A DNA stretch of 32,696 bases, taken from contig NC_068998.1 in assembly GCF_001194135.2 (NCBI RefSeq), positions 49,437,426-49,470,121 of the forward strand, in the 5' to 3' direction. The position numbers were made by a program, and so were the translations under genes. Positions 23,098 to 32,696 of this stretch are shown piece after piece (within the stretch, counting starts at the first letter, position 1; every line of letters begins with the position of its first letter). The notes under the pieces are model-generated. The model was not told the DNA's origin. It did no database searches and was given only the letters and a program-made list of their open reading frames with translations. This stretch comes from Octopus bimaculoides. Taxonomy: Eukaryota.

Positions 23098-24047
23098 CGT
23101 TACATAAAAATCACATCCATTCTTCGAGTTTCATATACAAAGTAAAATTTTATGTCACAGCAAATTATTTGTGAAAACATTTAAATAGGTTCCTAATACG
23201 TCGACGGCCGGATATACATGATTTTAATGCATTTCACACAATCATAGGATCTAACAAGTTGACTTTAGCGCTGCAAACAATAACCTCTAGTAATTTCCTT
23301 GCACCCATTTGAGAGAAGAAATGAAAATTTAAGAGAGTTCTTGCTACAAATTTATTGGCTAACATTTAGAAAATTAACATTACATAGATACTCATTTCAT
23401 GATTCTTCTCTATTACAGCAGAATTTGAGATAAAGCAACGGCAAAACAGCTAGCAAGATATATACTTCTTTATATATCATTAAAATTCTTTAATAATCAG
23501 GAAGTTCACTGCTCAGATTCAGAATATTCGTTAGATTTTGCCAGTCCTGTAATGTGATAAAAAGATGATCAATAGAGTGTGTTTAGCAGAGGCATTTTTT
23601 TTATTCTTTGAAATAAACATGTAATTAGAAGCGTAATATTTAAGAAAAAGTATTTTAAAATGATTTCTGTGCGTGTTCTCGTGTTTTAACCCTCACCTCT
23701 TGAAAACCGTTGTTTGATTGATTACGTCCACATATCATTCGCTATTTGACACACGGCACCAATTGAATAAATACTGGGGTTGTTTTCATGTACAGAACCC
23801 TTAAGTGTGGTGCTTCAACATGACGGCAGTCCTACGAAAGGAACAAGCATTACTGTGCTAAAGTTGCTGTACAGTTCTTAAATATCACTCGCATTTTATA
23901 TAGCATACTTAGTGTATATCGCACAAAGACTGTATTGGGTATTCAGCGATGTCATAAATACATAATAATCAAGAGTAAAATAGAGACATTTATGTTAAAA
24001 TTGGAATAATTACCTAATTGTTAAAGTGGTTCCATCAGCTTAATTTT

Positions 24048-24059
24048 TCATCGGACGCG
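24048..24059 (-). CDS. Paralog B exon 4 (RVR-stop)
   Basis: Acceptor attcgtttcag|CGC GTC CGA TGA. Confidence 0.75.
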   Translation of the reverse strand, partial: RVR

Positions 24060-27000
24060 CTGAAACGAATATTTGATATATTAGGATTGATATTAATATC
24101 CTATATTCCAAGTTCATTAATTAGCTCCAAATATAATATTATCAATTGGAAATAAGTTGATTACATCTATGTGTTAAGTTTTTTAACTACATGAAACATA
24201 ATGAGGAATTGATGCAGAGTTCTATCTATTTTCTTATCCCGTTTAAATTTTGTTTCTTTACATAATACTGATTAAATCGTGTCGTAATCTAAATTTTCTT
24301 ATTGTGTTTGAAATTATTAAAAAATAAGAACTCTTAGCGGAATGTAGGTAACTCATTTGCTTCGAATAGACACAGAGAATATGATTGCTGCGCTCCTATT
24401 GCCAGTATAACATCTATTAGCTAACGTTTGTGTACTGAGTTAGAAACAAGAATTGCGCAGTCGATTTAATGGGAGACCAATATTACAATAATAAATGTTG
24501 ATTCGAATTATGGGACAAAGCTTGTAGAATATGAATTTCAGTTTTGAAATACCATGATGCTAGTGGGCGCTACACGTGTTACTAGGTCCATTGTTTCGTG
24601 GAAGCTTTCTCTTGTAACAACTAATAACGATATACATTACAAAAAATGTCATGTTATGTATTACAAATATGAATTTCAGTTGAATGAGAGGGAAAGGTTA
24701 GTACGCTATCGTTTCACTGAATAAACTAATGTCTGATTTACAATTAATTACGCAGAAACAATGTAAATTAAAATAATTACCTTAGGTAGGCATTCAGAAG
24801 TATATAATCTGTGGAAATAGTAAGCACATTCTAACCGCACAGATACCAGACAATCATAATAATAAATCCAACGTCTGTAAGATAAATACAACAAAAGGAT
24901 ATTCGTTTCGGTTAAAAAGAAATCGTTTATCAAGAATCTTGCACACGAAATACACATACGAAGTTTATCAACATCATTGTCGAGAAATGGTAGAACCTTA
25001 CTTCTCGGACTACGAGAGCCTACCATACATCCGGTTCTTATATCGGTGCTTGGCAATGCTTACTATTACCCGAATATAAAGCATATACTGATTTACATCG
25101 AATTGAATGCTTTTGGAGCCCAAAAGTCCTCTGTTTCACGTGCAATTCTTTAATGATTGGTTTAATTTGTAGACTTGAACACTTTCTATATTTGTCAGAA
25201 CACTTTTATTGATTGCATAGCTACTGACATAACAAAAACAACGTGAAACAGATGGTACATTAGATAAAGTAATTTAGAATAATTTCTAAAGGCTATGATT
25301 TAATAGGTATTAATCATAACTATAATTATCCGCTCATAATGTTCGTTATTTAAATAACTTCGAAAATTCAAAGCCATTCCTATATTTAAGCATTCGGTGA
25401 CCGAAAGGATTTTCGAACCAACGGAACACATAGATTTACGAACTGTATAGTTAAATTGCTTTCTCGAGCGGGCAGCGTTCCTCGGTAGCACCGGCAGGCC
25501 AAGTATTTCTGGTATTTATCCGAAGGCCCAATCCTGAAAGTTCTCTGAAGCGTACCGGTTAGTTCATCCTCGTCGACGCCTAAGGTTTCTCCATGAACGT
25601 CGTCGCACTTCCCATCCACTACTCCCTTATGAAACGCTAGAGTAGAACTACCAACGACTGTATTGCCCACCTGGCGGAGAATTGTAAGGACGGCACTCGA
25701 GGTGCCAAGTGCCCCTCCTCTGTCTACACCTAATCCAAGACTGCATCTCAATCAAAGAGACGTGGAAAAATAAGTGACAAACGAGGACCACTCCTACTCA
25801 TCGCTAAGGAAACGCTGAAGATGCCGCAAACATAGCGCATGTCTGCGCATCAGCCTCCAGATGGAGCACCTAATCAGTGGAATGCTCCCCTTCCACAGAA
25901 AGCGGAAGAGTAAGCGCACTAGCTTGGTCAACCAACAAACGGTCAAGGGAAGGCGGTGAAGCGGTAATAGATGACGTATGCGATGTACGCATTCGCCACC
26001 TCGGCTCAAGCATTCAAGGACAACATCCATTTCTGGGTGAGGTTGGCTGCGCTGGTCATCACCTGGTCCCAGTTTTACTCTCCCTGTTTTTCGAGATCGA
26101 CTCATACCTCGAGCATTTTAACCGGGCTGTCTGTTCAGCGCATCACGACGCAGTTGGATGCATTGGCCTTGCCTCTACAGATGCCGAGTGGCAAACCCAC
26201 TGACTTTTCAACGTTAATTTTTGCTGCTGTCCCCGCTACATATTCTTTTAATGTGTCGCCAATTAGGTCTATATGCCTGGGGTTCGACACTGTGTTGGTG
26301 ACATTCTAGATCATACGGGACACCCCTCAAAGCCTCCAGCAACCACAGTGTAGCTCAAGTGTTAGTACATACAGACGGACCGATCACAAAAAGCTTAATG
26401 GTTCCGACAGGTGACCATTCACCTGAACAACCGAGAAGATATCGCTGTACGAAGCAGGGATACAACCACGGAAAACTGGACCGAAACCGGCTGCCCCGAG
26501 GAAAGCTGTCAAGTTTTGATGGTCTACCCTATGAAAGCATTACGTTGATTTGCAGCTCGTGGTAGTACTCCGGCTGGTGTCGTTGTTGTTGATGCTGGTG
26601 GTGCCCTGGTGGCAGCTGGAGGTAGCGGCGCTCTCAGTGCTGCTGGAGGTGATGATGTTGGTGTTTGGGTGGCCACTGCTGCAGCTGCTGTTGCTGCTGC
26701 TGCACTGCAGGTCCCCCGGTTCTGGTGTCGGCAGAAGAACAGGTCACATCTTCTTCTTAGGGCAGAAGACCCTGAGTAGGTCTTAGTCACAACAAATAGC
26801 ATCTTGGCTTTCTGCCCTCCACACAGAAGAGCATTTTGCTGCCGTCAGGCACGTTTATCGAATCGGGGATGGAGTTTATTGAACTCTTGCTCAATTCAAT
26901 CAAGGAGCTCTATCTTCTGACCACATCAATTGTGTTGTTGCAACTTGTGCACCTCCAGTATTGTCGCGGTGTCCTCTATATCAAAGAGGACAGCTGCCAC

Positions 27001-27834
27001 CAGCCAACAGACATTTATTTCAGGAGGCACATCCACAAGCCGACAAAGATGTGTCTGCTCGACTAGCAATTCCTCCATTTAGTAGGGGCACAGTGGAATT
27101 ATGCCTTGGCTCGTACTTCGCTGGAAAGCACACTTCCACAGTGCCGAAATGCTTTTCTTTTTGTCGCATATGTTTTGTTGGGCCAAACTGCTTTTAGTGC
27201 CATTTCCAACAGCTGTTGGGTGGCTCGTTCTACCATTTTCTTTCTTATAATTAAAATTCTGTTGATTACTGTTTTTCGATTGGTTTCATTTATGAATTCC
27301 TGAGATTTTATAAGAAAGGCATTATTTCCGCCCTTCCTTAGCAGGCACTTTGTATTATTTTTATCTCATTAGTTTTTAAATTTATTATTCTTCAGTTTGC
27401 TTCGTTGCCAAGGCGACACCGTTCGTGATTCTGATAATGCTGGTGGCACTGCTGGTGCCGACGGCTTTCATTTTTCTTCTTTTTCTTTTCTTCGTCCTTC
27501 TCCTGTGCAGAAACAATACGGGTGGTGAGAGCGTTGCAGTCCTCGTTTAATTGGCTGTTGAACCTCTCGCTCTCACACACTGGCTCAGTCCTCATTGTTG
27601 AATTTTTTTTAAACTTTCACAATTTACATAGAAAATATTCGGAGAAAAGTGGTTATTTAGCCGCCAAAAAGGGGACTCTTTTGAACAAAAACTAGCTCTC
27701 TATTCGGGCAGCCAGCCAGTAACAAGAATTAAACAAGTAAACAAAAGTTCGACTATTTGTGACAACGAAATTTCAAACAAATTCGGGAGCTCTAAAACGT
27801 GCGACGTACCGCGAACAACAACAATAACAACAAC

Positions 27835-27875
<41 letters not shown>

Positions 27876-28490
27876 GTACACGCATTGTGCACTGAAATAT
27901 AGAGATGGTTGGTTAGCACTGACTCTATCCGTGCAAAATCCCATGGCCATGCCTTCACACACGTTTAGAGCTGCAGCATCTAAAAGATTTTTGATTTATT
28001 TATTAACAATTAGTGATGCATATACAGGGTGTATAATAGTTATATTTCATAAAGAATGCTAAATAAAAGACAAAAATGCTGAAGTGTTAATATAGAGCTA
28101 AATTCGGATTCCCATTCTCTCAGTAGGCAATTATAACATGTATTTTATGAATGATATCACTGTTGTTCTGATTCCGTTATAACTTCACATGTGACGATGT
28201 CGTACGATTATTTGGTGATTCTTCATTACAAAATATTTGGAAGGTGAACATTTTTATAATTTTGTCATATTCTTTTATTCTTTTATTCGTTTATTTCTTT
28301 TAATCATTTGACTGCGGCCATGCTGGTGCACCGGCTTTAGTGGTAGAAATCGACAACAGGGCTTATTCTTGGTAAGACTAGTACTTATCCTATAGGTCTC
28401 TATTGCAAAACCGCTATGTTACGGAGATGTAAACACACTAACAACGGTTGTCAAGCGATTGTGGGGGACAAATACAAACACACTCACACG

Positions 28491-28530
<40 letters not shown>

Positions 28531-30820
28531 AACACACAAACACACACACACAAAAAGACATGAATGNNNNNNNNNNNNNNNNNNNNNNNNNNNNNNNNNN
28601 NNNNNNNNNNNNNNNNNNNNNNNNNNNNNNNNNNNNNNNNNNNNNNNNNNNNNNNNNNNNNNNNNNNNNNNNNNNNNNNNNNNNNNNNNNNNNNNNNNNN
28701 NNNNNNNNNNNNNNNNNNNNNNNNNNNNNNNNNNNNNNNNNNNNNNNNNNNNNNNNNNNNNNNNNNNNNNNNNNNNNNNNNNNNNNNNNNNNNNNNNNNN
28801 NNNNNNNNNNNNNNNNNNNNNNNNNNNNNNNNNNNNNNNNNNNNNNNNNNNNNNNNNNNNNNNNNNNNNNNNNNNNNNNNNNNNNNNNNNNNNNNNNNNN
28901 NNNNNNNNNNNNNNNNNNNNNNNNNNNNNNNNNNNNNNNNNNNNNNNNNNNNNNNNNNNNNNNNNGAAAAATTCCTCACATCGGGCTAACATAAGTAACC
29001 CCAGATTCCAAGATTTCTCCAAAGCATCCTAGCTGTCCACAATAACAATTTTCTGGTGATGTACATAACTGGGCTTTATGCTTATTTGTTATATCTATTA
29101 TCACATATCTATAGGGAGAGTCTCTAATGAACCTACATCTACTGGGGTAAATTTTACCCGCACTTTTCATAAGCACTGCCATAGCTAGTTCCTCTACTTT
29201 GCCATTTTTTCTACACCTTTCATTGATTTTTTTTATCTGTCGTTTTCTATTCTATTTCTCTACTACTACCACTAAATCTAGCTTCTATTACGCCGTTAGT
29301 CTAAATGTTAAAGTCCCACAATATCTTATATTTCTTGCTTTTTAGTACTTTACTAGGTTCATGTTCATATCATCAGTATGTTCAAATCTTAGCTTTCGAC
29401 ATAAGTTTCTGTTGATTACTCTTCCTCGTTTGTCATATCTTTCTTTGTATTCTTTCTGTGTCAGCTTCCTACGTTCACCTACTATATGAGTAACGCTTTC
29501 CTCTTTCGATGTACAACCTATATTGGGAATCTATTTGTTTTTGTCTATCTTGGCTTTTATCCAATTCGTCCTTAATGCTTCATCCTTACTGTATCACTTT
29601 CCCACCTTCATTTATGCAAATATAACAATGTCTCACTAATATTAGTTGATGCAACAATCTTTTGGGCTTTAGTATGCAAAGATTTTCCATTCCAGTCAGA
29701 TACATTTTGTTCTTTTTACGGTATCTTACTTCATTTGGATATTCCTATGTCTTGCTGTGACTCTACCAACTATTAGCAAACTTTCTTTTCTTATACCTAC
29801 ATGGGCGTCTTTATCTATTCTAGCTAACTCCACGCAGTCTTCTGCTGATATTAACCCTCTTCCGCCTTCCTTTCTATGTAAGAGTAAACTTACGAATTCT
29901 GCCCTAGGGTGGATTCTTCCATTCATATTGAATTCCTTCCTAGTTCTTCACTTTAGCATTCCTAACTCAGTTTTTGTCCAATCTACAAAAGCTGTTGAGT
30001 ATCTACGAAACGATGCTACATAAATATTTACAGCATTCATTAGACTCGAACCTTTTTGATTTGACTTCATTAGCTTCCTCACCTTTTTCATATACTCATT
30101 AATTTTCATTACTAAAGATTCTAATACTCCTAGATACTTATAACACTCCCGTTTCCTCCAAGGGTTTCCTCCTGGCCAACCGGTGATTGGATGCCTTCCC
30201 TATTGACTTCCTTTCGCATGACTAATATTGCACACATCTCTATTCCATCTCTATATCTTTGTTGAAAAATCTAACAGTCTGTATTAAGTAATCTAGCTCC
30301 TTTTCATTCCTGCTAAAACATTTTCATCATCCATGTAGACCAAATGGTTAAGTTTCACTTACTATTTCTGATTTTATATACTGCCTTTGCATTCGTCAAT
30401 ACTAAACTAAATGGTATCAAAAATAAGACAAGTATTAAAAGTTTCATTTGATAATTCATATCTTGATATTAACTTTCCCTAAGACTATAACATCTGAGTA
30501 GAAATCCACTTTGCATTTCTTCATGCTAAAGATAATTAATTTGCTCATTTTGTCTTTAATACTCAATATAATTAAACATTCTGTTACCCATGAGTGTGAG
30601 ATCATACCATGTGTCTTCATATAATATATCCCTGCGATAGTCACATCTTATTTTGTAGATTTTACTTAATTTAGAACTGTTTGTCATGCATCCCACTAGC
30701 CTTTTTAAGGAAACACCTTTCTGTTCTTATGGTGGTAAATTCTGATAGTAAAGGCGTTCTGAAAGCATTCGTGACCAGAGATGCACATGTCGTCAGCCAT
30801 TAAGGGACATGCTCAACACG

Positions 30821-30853
<33 letters not shown>

Positions 30854-31027
30854 GTATATAATGTAAATTCATTTCTATGTAATCATTTAATATAAAAATA
30901 AAGCTAAGGATAAAGCTTCAATAGTTACACATTAGATGTAAATAATATGAAGAACAGAAAAAAAAAAATTATTTCAATATTGCAACTTACCTGCAAAGAG
31001 AAGAAAAACGAAGAATAAAGTTTTCAT
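24048..31027 (-). CDS. Paralog B: 4-exon gene, secreted six-cysteine peptide, 80 aa; complement(join(24048..24059,24781..24874,27880..27979,30991..31027))
   Basis: MKTLFFVFLLFADAAALNVCEGMAMGFCTDRVSANQPSLYFSAQCVRWIYYYDCLVSVRLECAYYFHRLYTSECLPKRVR*. Same exon sizes and phases as A; 46/80 aa identical by manual count; all six mature cysteines kept. Confidence 0.9.
24781..24874 (-). CDS. Paralog B exon 3 (RWIYYYDCLVSVRLECAYYFHRLYTSECLPK)
   Basis: Acceptor tcttacag|A, donor AAG|gtaatt, 94 nt. Confidence 0.9.
25465..27600 (-). mobile_element. Internally deleted L1/Tx1-like LINE in intron 2 of paralog B (ORF1 remnant joined to the second half of the RT)
   Basis: ORF1 remnant with VEGRKPRCY zinc-knuckle start (about 26800), then AF.RVDHQ...GFGPVFRG...VNGHLSEP (about 26545-26400), GTAAKINVEKSVGL, LFRFLWKG and CYRGTLP, all typical of L1/Tx1 ORF2; many stops and frameshifts. 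Confidence 0.8.
27880..27979 (-). CDS. Paralog B exon 2 (DAAALNVCEGMAMGFCTDRVSANQPSLYFSAQCV)
   Basis: Acceptor tcttttag|AT, donor TGCGT|gtacgt, 100 nt. Confidence 0.9.
28300..28560 (-). mobile_element. SINE 3-prime part with (CA)n
   Basis: tgactgcggccatgctgg...cttatcctataggtctc...ccgct...ggttgtcaagcga. The first ~30 nt are shared with 17612-17640, so at least that part predates the duplication. Confidence 0.6.
28966..30445 (-). mobile_element. R4/Dong-like (restriction-endonuclease-type) LINE fragment in intron 1 of paralog B
   Basis: NHLVYMDD (RT), GRIHPRA...RKEGGRGLISAEDCV, WIKAKIDK...ESVTHIVGE.RKLTQKEYK (decayed CCHC region); frameshifted. Confidence 0.8.
30991..31027 (-). CDS. Paralog B exon 1 (MKTLFFVFLLFA)
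   Basis: ATG, hydrophobic core, donor GCAG|gtaagt. Confidence 0.9.
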
Positions 31028-31781
31028 GTCTTTTCTTTTATGCGTTAAAATAAACGAATGGCGCTATAGCAATCAACAATGTTGTATTGTTAGATGTAAT
31101 GAGATACAGTGTAACATATGCGGGGCAACAGTAAGTCTTTCATATCGAATTATAGAGCGACAATAGTTCTTTCGTCTGAATATTTAATTGTTGAATAACG
31201 ATTTATACATGGATAGAGAAATAAAAACTTACAGCTGAATATTTATTTCCCTCTTTAAATAATTTTATAACCTTTCGTCTGATTATTTAATTGTCAAATA
31301 ACGATTTATACATGGATAGAGAAATAAAATCTTACAGTTGAATATTTATTCCCTCTTTAGATAATTATATAACCTATAGTCAATAAACTGAAGAATAATA
31401 ACTTTTTCGCTTTCCCTTCCACTAGTCACGTGAAAGCGTTAACATTACGTTTCCTTTACCTCATGACATGGACGCTTCTGTCGGTATGTTCTTCTCCAAT
31501 CCCATGAAAGCGTTACCTACATACTCGGTAACGTAAGGGCAAAGAGAATTATTATTAAAAAAGAGAATTTTTATAACAAAGAAAAAAAAATGGCAATATT
31601 GAAGATAAACAGCTGTAAATGACGGTCTGACCATCAGTCAAACAATTGCGAAATAGTAATTGAAGTAGACAATGCATATTCTCCGCAATAATAATTTTAA
31701 TTGATATTTGTGACATGTAATTGATTTTATTGAATGGAATTTGTTGAAAAAAAGCCGCAACCCAACCCAATATACATACAT

Positions 31782-31857
<76 letters not shown>

Positions 31858-31938
31858 GAATAGTACATAGAAGATTGTTCATCTATATAATAATTATGCA
31901 CCTATACATATATATACATACATACATTCACACATACA

Positions 31939-31987
<49 letters not shown>

Positions 31988-32381
31988 GTATATATTTACG
32001 GCAAGAAGAAAATGGAGTGAATCCAGAGATAGTATGCATTAACTGTTAGATTATATTATGTCTATTTATTTTACATTATGAGTATTTATACACATATACA
32101 AATGTTTTGTTTAACATACATAAAAAAGTACCAGTAATTTCTAGAATAGAAAAAGAAGAACAGTTCCTTACAGCTGTTTCTGCCAAGATGTCACTGTACC
32201 CCACATATTATTTCCATCTTTTCAGTGTACTGTAGTGATCAGTACATAACATTAAGGTACTTAGCAGTACCTTAATATATATATACGCTTACATACATAT
32301 ATGAATATGCAAAAAACAAAACGAAGGCTTCCAAACTACGGAGAAGCACGTCCACAAAGGTGTTTATTCAATAACTATATA

Positions 32382-32384
<3 letters not shown>

Positions 32385-32418
<34 letters not shown>

Positions 32419-32456
32419 TAATAATAATAATGATAATAATAATAATAATAATAATG

Positions 32457-32511
<55 letters not shown>

Positions 32512-32545
32512 TAATAATAATAATGATAATAATAGTAATAATAAT
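32385..32545. repeat. (TAA)n microsatellite with TGA/TAG interruptions
   Basis: Direct reading. Confidence 0.95.
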
Positions 32546-32547
32546 AC

Positions 32548-32696
32548 ACACCTCTAACAGAATTGCTAAATAGAACTGGATGCGGTTACAAATGCTATGG
32601 AAAAACAGTCAGCCACCTTCTATATATGGATGACCTAAAATTATATGCAAAAAACGACAAAGAGCTAGAAACACTACTACAGACAGTACACGGCTT
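32548..32696 (+). mobile_element. 5-prime-truncated R4/Dong-like LINE RT, continuing past the window end
   Basis: Uninterrupted frame TPLTELLNRTGCGYKCYGKTVSHLLYMDDLKLYAKNDKELETLLQTVHG with the YMDD catalytic motif, starting right after (TAA)n. Confidence 0.85.

Larger units (their letters stand above)
23097..28330. repeat. Tandem segmental duplication, copy 2 (3-prime half of paralog B)
   Basis: Collinear with 13470-17630; carries the longer version of the shared intronic LINE. Confidence 0.9.

Noticed and set aside
14366-31027. Assignment of the peptides to attractin, CHH/ITP, OBP, defensin, insulin or saposin families
   Set aside because: The spacing C-x7-C-x16-C-x8-C-x7-C-x11-C fits none of them as I know them, so no gene symbol is given.
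3261-32573. Many ORF-track entries made of HTHT, IYIY, CVCV, poly-N/I/L/Y or X runs
   Set aside because: They are translations of microsatellites or N gaps, with no coding signal.
1-32696. CRISPR array, rRNA or prokaryotic/viral system
   Set aside because: No repeat-spacer structure, no rRNA-like sequence and no operon-like gene density; the window is intron-rich animal DNA.

Overview
AT-rich animal genomic DNA, dense in microsatellites, with five assembly gaps. The SINE/LINE types and the (TA)n/(CA)n/(TAA)n load resemble a cephalopod such as Octopus; this is an inference and cannot be proved from the window. Most of the sequence is decayed transposons: tRNA-derived SINEs, Tc1/mariner transposase fragments, and L1/Tx1-, RTE- and R4/Dong-like LINE fragments. 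The main signal is not recovered by the ORF track because the exons are tiny: three tandem, minus-strand, spliced paralogs (called C, A and B here, left to right). Each encodes a signal peptide followed by a ~63-aa domain with identical cysteine spacing, C-x7-C-x16-C-x8-C-x7-C-x11-C. A and B are 80 aa and 46/80 identical, and lie in a ~10 kb tandem duplication. C is 176 aa and adds a charged tail with six perfect TDKKEK repeats. Every junction is GT-AG and phase-compatible, and exon 2 is exactly 100 nt in all three. I do not recognise the family. Gene models are manual and need transcript confirmation.
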